DNA of 64,000 bases from assembly GCF_009914755.1 (NCBI RefSeq), contig NC_060936.1; one strand, given 5' to 3'. The position numbers and the translations under genes are program-made. The first letter of the stretch is position 1. Each line of letters begins with the position of its first letter. Positions 1-16,087 of the stretch are shown in pieces. Below the pieces are notes generated by a model, which made no database searches, was not told where the DNA came from, and worked only from the letters and a program-made list of their open reading frames with translations. The stretch is from the human T2T-CHM13v2.0 reference genome, Homo sapiens.

Positions 1-910
1 CAGGGTGCTGTTTCTCCCAAAGCCAGAATACATGAGTCTAGGAAGAAGTGAGTTGAAGTGGGAATGACTTCTCTCATTACTACACCAAATAACCCATTTG
101 CAGAATTTTTGAATCTACATCTACAAGACCTGCTACTCTGAGGTCTTGGTTCCCAAGAGAGAAATCCTTACAACAATGGTTCTATGGATCTGAAGTTTGA
201 AACTTCAGAAAAATAAAGTTTTCATTTTTCAGAGCCAAGAATACCTGATCATTTTTAGTTCCTCATTAATAGGAAGCTAACAGGCAAAGAAGGAGAGAGT
301 TATTCTGGTTGGGTGGCTGATGGCTGATCTTGACAACCAAGAGGAAACAGAATTGATGCTAGAAAATGTGAACAGGGAGGACTGTTTCTGGAACCCAAGA
401 GATTCTCTGTGATGACTCTTACTACCTCCTTTTCTAATACTAAATATTAACTGAAAGCTACAGCAACCAATTAAAAAAAAGAGGAATTGAAGATTTAGAC
501 TTTTTGGGTAAGAACCCTAGCCAGCTAAAATTCTGGCTAATGGGAAAGAAAACATAGGATGTGTAATAGAAGAAGGAAGTTATGAATACCAACCACAATA
601 TTGTGAGGGGTTACAGAAATGAATACCGTAGCAGCTGCACATAGCTTCTTCTTTGTTTGCTGCTGCTGTTTTTCATGTGTGTGTGTGTGTATGGGTGTGT
701 TTGTATATGCTACCTATTTTATTATTTTCCATCTTTTTTCCCTTGTTACTTAACATGTTTTTTGTAAGGTTTAATGTATAATTTAGTATTAGGAAACAGA
801 ATATTCAGGTGGGGCTGGGATTGAAAGTGAGGTATAATGAACATAGTTCAGAGATGGCTAGAAATAATTTACATATGAGTTTTACCCACCCCATTTTCTG
901 CGGGAAGGAA
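1..910 (+). mobile_element. ERVL internal fragment (ERVL-E/HERVL-like; integrase 3' end, dUTPase region and downstream), highly decayed
   Basis: Collinear with the remembered ERVL internal consensus (GGTGCTGTTTCTCCCA.AGCCAG.AT; CAGGCAAAGAAGGGAGT..GATC.TGAC.ACCAAG.GGAAA dUTPase-motif region; GAAGAAGG.AGTTAT.AATACCA). No intact frame. Short TG repeat at about 676-702. Confidence 0.75.
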
Positions 911-1211
911 CAAATAGATATCTATTTGATTTATTTTTATCTTATCCTTTTAAATATTGATTTTGTACAAATATTATATTTGTACAACATAATACAATTT
1001 ATAAATAGGTAAATACACATACATCAGGATTGCATGCTAAAAACCATAATAGCTTACAGGAGAGGTCAGGAATATAGTTTTGTTTCCTATGAATGAGCTA
1101 CTTATTTCTGCAAAGAGGGCATTCTATTCCAAAGTCCCAGGCCATGCTCACTTGTCCATTCAGTATCATCTAATATATGGCACCAAGTCAGCAATTAAAA
1201 GTGCCTTAGTA

Positions 1212-2621
1212 ACTATACTACAAGGCTACAGTAATCAAAACAGCATGGTACTGGTACCAAAACAGATATATAGACCAATGGAATAGAACAGAGGCCTCAG
1301 AAATAACGCCACACATCTACAACCATCTGATCTTTGCCAAACCTGACAAAAACAAGCAATGGGGAAGGGATTCCCTATTTAATAAATGGTGTTGGGAAAA
1401 CTGGCTAGCCATATGCAGAAAATTGAAACTGGACCCCTTCCTTACGCATTATACAAAAATTAACTCAAGATGGATTAAAGACTTAAACATAAGACCTAAA
1501 ACCATAAAAACCCTAGAAGAAAACCTAGGCAATACTATTCAGGACATAGGCATGGGCAAAGAATTCATGACTAAAACGCCAAAAGCAATGGCAACAAAAG
1601 CCAAAATTGACAAATGAGATCTAATTAAACTGAAGAACTTCTGCACAGCAAAAGAAACTACCATCAGAGTGAACAGGCAACTTACAGAATGGGAGAAAAT
1701 TTTTGCAATCTATCAATCTGACAAACAGCTAATATCCAGAATGTACAAGGAACTTAAACAAATTTACAAGAAAAAAATAAACAACCCCATCAGAAAGTGG
1801 GCAAAGTATATGAGCAGACACTTCTCAAAAGAAGACATTTATGCGGCCAACAAACATGAAAAAAAGCTCATCATCACTGGTCATTAGAGAAATGCAAATC
1901 AAAATCACAATGAGATACCATCTCATGCCAGTTAGAATGGTGATCATTAAAAAGTCAGGAAACAACAGATGCTGGAGAGGATATAGAGAAATAGGAATGC
2001 TTTTACACTGTTGGTGGGAGTGTAAATTTGTTAAACCGTTGTAGAAGACAGCATGGGAATTTCTCAAGGATCTAGAACCAGAAATATCATTTGACTCAGC
2101 AATCCCATTACTGGGTATATACCCAAAGAATTATAAATCATTCTACTATAATGACACATGCACACGTATGCTTATTTTAGCACTATTCACAATAGCAAAA
2201 ACTTGGAACCAACCCAAATGCCCATCATTGATAGACTGGATAAAGAAAATGTGGCACATATACACCATGGAATACTATGCAGCCATAAAAAAGGATGAGT
2301 TCATGTCCTTTGCAGGGACATGAATAAAGCTGGAAATCGTCATTCTCAGCAAACTAACACAGGAACAGAAAACCAAACACTGCATGTTCTCACTCATAAG
2401 TGGGAGTTGAACAATGAGAACACGTGAACACAGGAAAGAGAACATCACACACTGGGGCCTGTTGGGGGGTGGGGGGCAAGGGGAGGGATAGCATTAGGAG
2501 AAATACCTAATGTAGATGATGGGTCGATGGGTGCAGCAAACCACCATGTCACGTGTATACCTATGTAACAAACCTGCACATTCTGCACATGTATCCCAGA
2601 ACTTAAAATATAATTTTTTAA
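1212..2621 (+). mobile_element. 5'-truncated L1PA7/8-like LINE-1 (ORF2 3' end + 3'UTR)
   Basis: ORF2 peptides ([21 protein letters not shown]; CWRG..EIG.LLHCWWEC); 3'UTR GGGTGCAGCAAACCACCATG..GTATCCCAGAACTTAAA; TSD AAAAGTGCCTTA(G/T)TA at 1197-1211 and 2622-2636. Confidence 0.93.
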
Positions 2622-3482
2622 AAAAGTGCCTTATTAGAATACATACATCCTTCTACTTAAACGATGAGTCCACACTGTTGGCATCAGATCTGGAAGACAG
2701 AGATTACACACCCTGAATAAATGGGTCTGTTGAGGTCATTTGACTTAGTTGGTAAGCTCCTGAAAGGTGGTGATGTAGTTTATAGTGTACTTGTTCTCTC
2801 ACATTCTATCTAGCATAAACCTGTACAAATGATCCTCTGGAGTTCCAAAAGTATAGGGGTGACTAATGTTCTCAAAGATACTGAAGGATTATACAAGAAT
2901 ACAATGCCTCCCAATCAACCTAGAAGACTATCAATCATGCTCAGTTTTGTGAATTCTTGGAACAGTGCAGTACTCCATTAGAAAAGATACTTCATTAATT
3001 TCAGTATTTCCTCCAGCCAGGTTTGACAACAAATTATTACAGTATTTCTTTTGTTCCATCATTCATCTGATCCCTCTATCCTTATCCTCATACCCTGCAT
3101 GTGCACTGAACACTTACCGAGTAAATAGACATAAGAAAATTTACAGGTAAAGAAAATGTCAAAGTCTTCCTTTTCTTTATCTGTAAGATGAAGGAATTGA
3201 AGTCTAATACCCCTTCAAAATTTCTCTAACAGAGTTAGAGGTCTACATCAAGCAATGCATGCTAGGCATCCTAACTTGCTTTCCAATGATGGATTGTTAG
3301 CTAAACCACCCCAACCCTCAGCCCCTAAAATTGAAAGCCCTCTTCCTCTGAACTCATGTTCTTCTCTCTACAAATCTTTTTTCTAATTTTTAATTTTTGT
3401 GGGGATGTAGTAGGCATATATTTATGGTTACATGAGAGATTTTGTTATAGGCATGCAATGCATAATATTCACATCAGGGTAA

Positions 3483-3869
<387 letters not shown>

Positions 3870-3915
3870 TAATTATTTTAAAATGTAATATTAAATTATT
3901 TTTTACTATAGTCAC

Positions 3916-6566
3916 TGTACTAGTCCATTCTCACACTGCTATAAAGAAATACCGGAGACTGGATAATTTATAAAGAAAAGAGACGACTGGCATGGTGGCT
4001 CACTCCCAGCACTTTGGGAGACCAAAGTGGGTGGATCGCCTGAGGTCAGGAGTTTGAGACCAGCCTGGCCAACATGGTGAAACCCCTTCTCTACTAAAAA
4101 CACAAAAACTAGCCAGGCATGGTGGTGCACACCTGTAATCCCAGCTAGTCAGGAAGCTGAGGCAGGATAATTCCTTGAAACCAGGAGGTGGTAATTGCAG
4201 TGAACTGAGATCACGTCACTGTACTCCAACTTGGGCAACAGAGCAAGACTCCATCTGAAAAAAAAAAAAAAAAAGAAAGAGGTTTAATTGCCTTATAGGA
4301 TAAACAGGAAACATGTCAGAGTCTGCTTCTGAGGGGGCCTCAGGAAGCTTTTACTCATGGCAGAAGGCAAAGCGGAAGCTACCTGCATATTCTGTAGAAC
4401 AATTTAATTGTTCACAGGAAGCACACTCTTAAATAACTAGATCTCATGATAAGTCACTCACTGTCATGAGAACAGCACCGTGGGGGTTTTGCTAACCCAT
4501 TCATGAGAACTCCACCCCCATGATGCAATCAACTCCCACCAGGCCCCACTCCAACACTGGGTATTAGAATTCAACTTGAGATTTAGTGAGGACACCAAAC
4601 CCCATTCTGCCCCTGGCCCCTCAAAATCTCATGTCCTTCTTATATTGTAAAATACAATCATGGCTTCCCAACAGTCTCCCAAAGTCTTAGTTTATTCTAG
4701 CATTAAGCCAAAAGTCCAAAGTCCAAAGTCTCATCTGAGATAAGGCAATTTCCTTCCACCTACGAGCCTGTAACATGAAAAACAAGTTAGTTGCTCCCAA
4801 AATACAATGGGGTTATGGCACTGGGTAAGGGAGAAATTGGCCAAAAGAAAGGGGCTACAGGGCCCATGCAAGTCCAAAACCCAGCAGGGCAGTTATTAAC
4901 TCTTAAAACTGCAAAATAATCTCCTTTAACTCAGTGTCTCACATCCAGGGTACACTGGTGCAAGAGGTGGGCTCTCAAAGTCTTGGGAAACTCTGCCTCT
5001 GTGGCTTTCCAGGGTACAGCCCCCACAGTTGCTCTCAAGGGGTGGTATTGAGTGCCTGTGGCTTTTCCAGGTTCATAGTGCAAGCTGTTGGTAGCATTCC
5101 TGGTTCCAGAGGATGGTGGCCTTCTCATAGCTCCACTAAGCACTGTCCCAGTGGGGACTCTGTGTGGGGCCTCCAAACCCACATTTACCCTCTGCACTGC
5201 CCTAGTAGAAGTTCTCCATGATGGTTCCACCCCTGCAGTAGGCCTCTGCCTGAACATCCAGGCTTTTCCATACATTCTCTAAAGTCTAGGAGGAGGCTAC
5301 CGAGCCTCAGCTAATGCACTCTGTGCACCTACAGGCTTAACACCACGTGGAAGCTGCCAAGGCTTATGGCTTGCACCCTCTGAAGCAGTGGCCCAAGCTG
5401 TACCTGGGCCTCTTTGAGCCAAGGCTGGAGCTGAAGTGACAGGGATGCTGAGAGCAATGTCCTGAGGCTGTGCAGGGTGGCAGGGCCTTGGGCGTGGCCC
5501 ATGAAATCATTCTTCCCTCTTAGCCCTCCAGGCCTGTGATGGGAGGGGCTGCTGTGTAGGTCTCTGAAGTGCCTTCAAGGCCTTTTTCCCATTGTCTTGG
5601 CTATCGGTTCTTCTTTACTTATGCAAATTTCTGCAGCCTGATTGAATTCCTCACCACATGGTCAGGCTGCAAGTTTTCCAAACTTTTATGCTTTGCTTAC
5701 CTTCTAAATATAAGTTCCAGTTTTATGTCATTTCTTTGCTCACATATATGAGCATAGGTTGTTTCTTCTACCAGATATCCTAAGTCATTTTTTCTGCCAG
5801 ATATCCTAAGTCATGACTCTCAAGTCAAAATTTCCACAGATCCCTAGGGCAGAGGCATAATGCCCCCAAGTTCTTTGCTAATAGATAACAAAAGTGACCT
5901 TTATTCCAGTTCCCAATAAGTTCCCCATTTTCTTCTGAGACCTCCTCAGCCTAGACTTCATTGTCCATCTCAGCATCAGCATTTTTGTCACAATTTACCA
6001 AGTCTGTAGGAAGTTCCAAATTTTCCCTCATCTTTCTATCTTCTGAGCCCACCACATTCTTTCAACCTCTACCCTTTACACAGTTCCAAACTGGGATCCA
6101 TATTTTCAGGTATCTTTATAGCAATGCCTCACCCCTGGTAGCAATTTTCTGTATTAGTCCATTCTTGGATGACTATAGAGAAATACCTGAGACTAGGTAA
6201 CATATAAAGAAAACAGCTTTAATTCCTTCACGGTTCTGCAGGCTGTATAGAAGCATGATTCTGGCCTTTGCTCAGCTTCTAGGGAGGCTTCAGGAAACTT
6301 ACAATCATAACAGAAAGTGAAGAAGGAACATACACATTACATGGCTGAAGTAGGAACAAGAGAGATGGGGGAGGTGCCACTCACTTTTAAACAATTGGAT
6401 CTCATGAGAGCTCACTATCACAACAACAGCACTAACGAAGAATGGTGTTAAACCATGAGAAAACCACCCCCATGATGTAATCACCTCCCATCATGCCCCA
6501 CTTCCAGCATTGGGGATTACATTTCATCGTAAGATTTGGGTGGGTACACAGATCCGAGTCATATCA
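3916..6566 (-). mobile_element. Complete MST (MSTA/MSTB) ERVL-MaLR element: LTR 3916-~4604, internal ~4605-6149, LTR 6150-6566
   Basis: Both LTRs begin TGTA(T/C)TAGTCCATTCT; the right one ends CATATCA; MST-int sequence with a decayed MaLR ORF (4931-5275 -); perfect 5-bp TSD GTCAC at 3911-3915 and 6567-6571, with the host L1 resuming exactly. Confidence 0.93.
3984..4272 (+). mobile_element. AluS (Sx-like) inserted in the MST LTR
   Basis: Alu body with poly(A); approximate TSD aaagaa(a)agag at 3972-3982 and 4271-4281. Confidence 0.95.
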
Positions 6567-7207
6567 GTCACCCTGTTGTGCTAGCAAATACTAGGTCTTA
6601 TTCATTCTTTCTATTTTTTTGGTACCCATTAGCAATCTTCACTTCCTCCCTACCCCCCACCACCCTTCCCAGCCTCTGGTAACCATCTTTCTACCCTCTA
6701 TCTCCATTTGTTCAATTATTTTAATTTTTAGCTCCCACAAATAAATAAGAATATGTGAAGTTTGTCTTTCTGTGTCTGACTTATTTTACTTAACATAATG
6801 ACCTCCAGTTCCATCTGCGTTGTTGCAAATGACAAGAATCTCATTCTTTTTTATGGCTGAATAGTACTCCATCATGTATAAGTACCATATTTTCTTTATC
6901 TATTCCTGTGTTGATGGACACTTAGGCTGCTTCCAAATCTTGGCCATTGTGAATAATGCTTCAATAAACATCAGAGTACAGATATCTCTTTGATATACTA
7001 ATTTCGTTTCTTTTGGGTATATACCTAGGAGTGGGATTGCTGGATCATATGGTGGCTCTATTTTTAGTTTTCTGAGGAACCTCCAAATTGTTCTTCATAG
7101 TGATTGTACAAATTTACATTCCCACCAACAGTGTATGAGGGTTCTCTTTACTCCACATCCTTGCCAGCATTTGTTATTGCCAGACTCTTGGGTAAAAGCC
7201 ATTTTAA

Positions 7208-8803
<1,596 letters not shown>

Positions 8804-11010
8804 GAACATATCTCATTGTAGTTTTGATTTGCATTTCTCTGATGATCAGTGATGTTGAGCACCTTTTTATATACCTGTTTGCCATTCATATGTCTTCTTT
8901 TGGGAAATGTGTATTCAGATCTTTTGCCTAGTTTTGATTGGATTATTAGATTTTTTCCTGTAGCATTGTATAAGCTCCTCATATATTCTGTTTACTAATC
9001 CCTTGCCAGATGGGTAGTCTGCAAATACTTCCTTCTATTCTGTATGTTGTCTCTTCACTTTGTTGATTGTTTCTTTTGCTGTGCAGAAGGTTTTTGACTT
9101 GATGTGATCCCATTTTTCCATTTTTGCTTTGGTTGACTCTGCTTGTGGGATATTACTCAAGAAATCTTTGCCCAGATCAATGTACTGGAGAGTTTCCCCT
9201 AATGTTTTATTTTAGTAGTTTCATAGATTCATGTCTTTAATTCATCTTGATTTGGTTTCTTACAAACGGTGAGAGGTAGAGGTCTAGTTTCATTCTTCTG
9301 CATAGTGATATCCACTTTTCCCTGCATCATTTATTGAAGAGACTGTCCTTTCTCCAAGTGTGTTCTTAACACCTTTGTCAAAAATGAGTTCACGGTAAAT
9401 GTATAGATTTATCTCTGTGTTCTCTAGTCCACTGATCTATGTGTCTGTTTTTATGCTAGTGTCATGCCATTTTGGTTACTGTAGCACTGTAGTGTAAATT
9501 TAAGTCAGGTAATGCGACTCCTTCAGTTTTGTTCCTTTTGCTTTGGATAACTTTGGCTATTCTGGGCCTTTTGTGGTCCCATATAGATTTTAGAATTGTT
9601 TTTTATGTTTCTGTGAAGAATGGCATTAGTATTTTGATAGGGATTGTATTGAATCTGTAGATTGCTTTGGGTAGTATAACATTTTAACAATATTAATTCT
9701 TCCAATCCATGAACATGGAACATCTTTCCATTTTTTGTGTCTTCCTCAATTTCTTGCATCAATGTTTTATAGTTTTCATTGTAGAGGTCTTTCATTTTTT
9801 TTGGTTACCTTAATTACTAGGTATTTCTCATTTTATTTGTAGCTATTATAAATGGGATTACTTTCTTGATTTCTTCCTCGGATGGTTCACTGTTGGCATA
9901 TAAAAATGGTACTGATTTTTGTATGGTGATTTGATATCCTGCAACTGTAATGAATTGTTATCCGTTCTAAAAGTTTTCTGGTATTTAGGTTTGTCCAAAT
10001 GTAAGATTATATTATCTGCCAAAAAGGCTAATTTGACTTTGTCCTTTCCAATTTGGATGCCCTTTATTTCTTTCTCTTGCTTGATTGCACTATGTTGAAT
10101 AACAGTGGTGAAGATGGGCAATCTTGTTGTGTTCTTGATCTTAGAGAAAAGACTTTCAGTTTTTTCCCATTCAGTATGATACTATGTGTCTGTTGTATAT
10201 GCCTTTTATTATATTGAGGTATGTTCCTTCTATACGCAATTGGTTAAGGGCTTTTATCATGAAGGGATGATGAAGTTTATCAAAAGCTATTTCAGCCTCA
10301 ATTGAAATGATCATATGGTTTTTGTCCTCCATTCTGTTTATTTGATGTATCCCATCAATTGATTTTAATATGTTGAACCATTCTTGCTTCCCTGGGATAA
10401 ATCTCACTTGGTCATGATGAATGATCTTTTTAATGTGTTGTTAAATTCAGTTTGCTAGTATTTTGTTGAGGATTTTTGTATCAACATTAATCAGTGGTTG
10501 GCCTATGTATTTTTTTAATTGATGTATAGATTTTGTCTGGTTTTGGTATCAGGGTAATACTGGCCTCGTAGAATGAGTTTTGAAGTAGTCTCTCCTCCTC
10601 TATTTTTTGCAATAGTTTGAATAGAATTGGTACTAGCTCCTTTTTAAGTGTTTGGTAGAATTCAGCATGAAGCCATCAGGTCCTGGGCTTTTCTTTGCTG
10701 GGAGATGTTTTATTACAGCTTCAATCTCCTTGCTTGTTATTGGTCTGTTTAGGTTTTGGATTTCTTTGTGGTTCAATCCTGGTAGGTTACATGTGTCTGG
10801 GGATTTATCCATTTCTTCTTGATTTTCCAATTTATTGGCATATAGTTGCTCATAGCAGCTGCTAATAATCCTTTGAATGTCTGTGGTTTTGGTTGTAATG
10901 TCTCCTTTTTCATCTCTGATTTTATATATTTGGGTCTTCTCCTTTTTTTTCTCCATTAGTCTTGCTATAGTTTTGTCAATTTTGTTTATCTTTTTAAAAG
11001 ACCAACTTTT

Positions 11011-11370
<360 letters not shown>

Positions 11371-14179
11371 TTATTTCTCCTATGATTTTTATTTTTTCTT
11401 TTCTTCTAATAATTTTGCATTTGTTTTACTCTTGCTTTCCTAGTTGTTTAAAATACATTGTTAGGTTGCTTAGTTGAAGTATTTTTTCTTTTTTGATGTA
11501 GGCACTTATACCTATAAATTTACCTCTTATTACTGCTTTCACTGTATCCCACAGGATTTAGTATGTTGTATTTCAATTTTCAATTGTTTCAAAATTTTTT
11601 TTCTATTTCCTTCTTAACTTCTTCATTGACCTACAGCTCATTTAGGAGCATATTGTCTAATGTTTGTGTGTTTGCACAGTTTCCAAAATTCCTCTTATTA
11701 TTGATTTCAAGTTTTATTACACTGTAGTCAGAGAAGACATTTGATATTATTTCATTTTTTGAACGTTTTAATACTTGTTTTGTGACTTGTTTTGTGGGTC
11801 TATCCTTGAGAATGATCCATGTGCTAAGGGAAAGAATGTGTATTCTGCTGCCTTTGGATGAACTATTCTGTAAATATTTATTAGGTCCATTAATCTATAG
11901 TGCAGATTATGTCCCATACTTCTTTGTTGATTTTCTGTCTGGAAGATCTGTTCAATGCTAAAAGTGGGGTGTTGAAGTCTTCAGCTATTATTTTAATGGG
12001 GTCTCTCTCCCTCTTTCTTTAGCTCTAAAAATATTTGCTATATATATATGTATCTGAGTGATCCAGTGTGGGGTACATATGTATTTACAATTATTATACC
12101 CTCTTCCTGAATGGACCACTTTATAATTAAATAGTGACCTTCTTTGTCTTGTCTTACAGCTTTTGTCTTGAAAGCTATTTTGTCTGATATAAGTATAGCT
12201 ACTTCTGCTCTTTTTTGGTTTCCGCTGGCATAGAATATCTTTTTCCATCCCTTTATTTTCAGTCTGTGTTTGTCTTTATAGGTAAAGTGTGTTTCTTATA
12301 GGCAATTGATCATTGTTTTTTAATCTATTCAGCCACTCTATATCTTTTGATTGGAGAGTTTAGTCCAATCAAACTCTCCAATCAAATTGGAGACTTTAGT
12401 CCAATTAGTTTTGCCATCTTGTTATTTGTTTTCTGGTTGTTTTGTGATCTGCTCTTTTCTTCTTTCCTCCCTTCCTGTCTTCCTTTTAGTGGAGGTGTTT
12501 TTTCTCTGGTGGTGTGATTTAATTTCTTGCGTTTTATCTTTTGTGTATCTGTTGTGATTTGAGGTTACCATGAGGCTTGCAAATACAATCATATAACCCA
12601 TTATTTTAAGTTGATAACAAGTTAACACTGTTTGCATAAACAAACAACAAGCAAAAAGAAAACTAATACAAACTCTATGCCATAACTTCATCCCCCTGCT
12701 TTTTACCTTTTTGTTGTTTCTATTTATATCTTATTTTATTGTCTAAGTCTTAAAAAGTCATTGCATTTATTGTTTTTGATTGGTGCATCTTTCTACTTTC
12801 AGTCTTTCTACTGAAGAGTAGTTAACAAACCACAACTACAGTATTATAATATTCTTTGATTTTCTGTGTACTTACCGTTACCAGAGAGTTTTCTATCTTC
12901 AGGTGATTTATTACTGCCGATTAACAGTTTTTTCTTTCTGATTGAAGAACTCCCTTTAGCATTCCTTGTAGGAAAGGTCTAGTATTGATCAAAATCCCTC
13001 AGTTTTAGTTTTTCTGGGAAAGTCTTTATTTCTGCTTCATATCTGAAGATATTTTCCTTCAGCACTGTAAATATGTCAAGCCATTCTATCCTGGCCTATA
13101 AGGTTTCCACTGAAAAATCTGCTACCAGACTTATTGGAGTTCCATTGTATATTATTTGTTTCTTTTTATCTTGATGCCTTTATGATCCTTTCTTTATCCT
13201 TGATCTTTGGGAGTTTGTTTTTTAAATGTCTTGAGGCAGTATTCTTTGGGTTAAATCTGTTTGGTGTTCTATAACCTTCTTGTACTTGAATATTGATATC
13301 TTTCTCTAGGTTTGGGAAGCTCTTATTATCCCTTTGAATAAGCCTTCTACCCCTATCTCTTTCTCTACCTGCTCTGTAAGGCCAATAACTCTTATATTTG
13401 CCCATTTAAAGCTATTTTCTAGATCCTGTAGGTATGCTTCATTGTTTTCTATTCTTTTTTCTTTTGTCTCCTCTATGTTTTTTCAAATAGCCTGCCTTCA
13501 AGCTCATTAATTCTTTCTTCTGCTTGATCAATTCTGCTATTAAAAGACTCTGATGCATTCTTCAGTATGTCGTTTGCATTTTTAACTCCAGAATTCCTGC
13601 TTGATTATTTTAAATTATTTCAATCTCTTTGTTGAATTTATCTGAACAATATTCTGAATTCCTTCTCTATGTTATCTTGGATTTCACTGAGTTTTCTCAA
13701 AACAGGTATTCTGAATTCCCTGTCTGAATGGTCACATATCATTGTTTCTCCAAGATTGGTCTCTAGTGACTTATTTAGTTCATTTGGTGAGGTCATGTTT
13801 TTCTGGATGGTCTTGATGTTTGTGGATGTTTGTCTGTGTCCAGGCATTGAAGAGTTAGGTATTTATTGCAGTCTTCTCAGTCTGGCCTTCTTCGTATTCT
13901 TCCTTTTTTGGGAAGGCTTTCCAAGTATTCAAAAGGACTTGGGTGTTTTAATAAAAGCTGTATCTGCATTAGGGGCCACCCCAAGCCCAACAATGTTGTA
14001 CTTTTTGGAGTCTTTTAGAGGTACCACATTGATTATTTTGGAAAAGATCCAGAAGAATCTTTGGATTACCAGGCAGAGACTTTGTTCTCTTCCCTTACTT
14101 TCTCCCAGATGAATGGAGTCTCTGTCTCTGTGGTGAGCTGCCTAGAACTATGGATGTTGTAATCCAAGCACTCTTTTGA

Positions 14180-15140
14180 CCACTACCACTGGGAATGTGC
14201 TGGGTCAGACCTAAAGCCAGCACAGCACTGGGTCTTCCCAGTGCCCACTGTAACTATCACTTGGACACTGCCAATGTTCACTCAAGGCCCCAGGGCTCTA
14301 CAATCAGCAGGTGATGAAGCCAGCCAGGGTTGTGTTCTCCCCTTCATGACATTAAGTTTCCCTAGGGCCCAGGAGGCTCCAGAAGTGCTGTCCAGGAGCC
14401 AGGGACTGGAGTTAAAAACCCTTAGATGCCTACCTGGTGTTTTCTTTTACTGAGACTGAGCTGACACTCAAATCATGAGACGCAGTCCTTCCCACTCTTC
14501 CCTCCCCTTTCCACAGGCAGAGGAGCCTCTCCCCTTGGTCACCATCACCACAGGCCCATGGGGAGTACAGCCAGGCTACCATCAGTGTACGTGTAAGGCC
14601 CAAGATCTCTTTAGTTAGCTTGTGATGAATGCTTCCAGGCCTATGACACCCTTCAAGGCAGTGGGCTTACCTCTAACTCAGGGCAGGTCCAGAAATGCTG
14701 TCTAAGAACCAAGGCCTGGAACCATAGCCCCCAAGAGCCCACTTGGTGCTCTACTCTCATGTGGCTGAGCTAGTACCTAAGGAACAAGACAAAGTCCCCT
14801 TCACTTTTCCCTTCCCCTTTTTCAAGTAGAAAGAGTCTCTTCTCATAGCCACCACAACTGGGAATGTGGTGGGTCACACCTAAAACCACCATGCCTCAGA
14901 GTCTCACCCAAGGCCTACAGCATACTACCTGGGTGTTGCTGCTGGTTATTCAGGGTCCAAGGGCTGTTTAGTCTTTTCCCTTCTGGCCCAGAGTGTGTCT
15001 AGAAATGTTGTCCAGGAGCTAGGACCTGGAAAGGGGACCTCACAACTCTGACTGATGCCCTATTGTACTGTGGCTGAGCAGGTATCCAATATTCAAGACA
15101 AAGTTCTCTTTACTTTTCCCTCTCCTCTCCTCAAGCAGAA
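14180..15140 (-). repeat. About 310-bp unit repeated roughly three times within the L1MA 5'UTR
   Basis: TC(C/T)AGAA(G/A)TG(C/T)TGTC..GA.C.AGG.C.TGGA recurs at 14378, 14688 and 14998 (period 310). Confidence 0.8.
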
Positions 15141-15768
15141 GGACGGGGTCTCTTTTGGAGCCATAAGCTGTGCAGCCTGAGGATGGGGGAACGGTGGTGC
15201 AAGCACTCCCATAGGCACCCCAAGGATGTCTTAGTACATCATGTGCCCCCTAAGTCCACTGGCTCTAAGCTCAGTTCAGCCCTAGGCCTCACCTAGGAAT
15301 TGCAGTGTTTGTGGCCTAGACTGCCTTTCAGGTTTATTTAGGGCCTCAGAGCACTTTAGGCCATGGTGGTGAGGCTCACTGGAACTCAAGTTCTGACTAC
15401 TGGGATGTGTGATACCCCTCTGGCTAGGTCGGGTTTACATACTCCCTTCGTGGACAGGCATCAGCAGAGTTCAGCCCAGTTTTGTTTCTGCCATGACAGA
15501 GCAGCACTGAGTTCAATGCAATGTCTCACAATTGCTGTGTCCTCCCTCTCTCAAGCACACAGACTCTTTCTCTGTGCCATGTAGCCACTACTGAGGAAAA
15601 GGGGAGGAGTGGTGTTACTGATTAATGACTGTCTTTCCTGGCTTCTTCAGTGCCTCTTTCAGTGATACGAAGTTAAAATCAACAACTGTGAGTGTTTATC
15701 CTATTTTTGGTTCATATAAATGTGCTTTTTAAATGTATTAATAGATAGTTGTTAAATTGGTGTCCTTG

Positions 15769-16087
<319 letters not shown>

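Noticed and set aside
250-450. Functional dUTPase gene
   Set aside because: Only a decayed ERVL relic with indels and no ORF.
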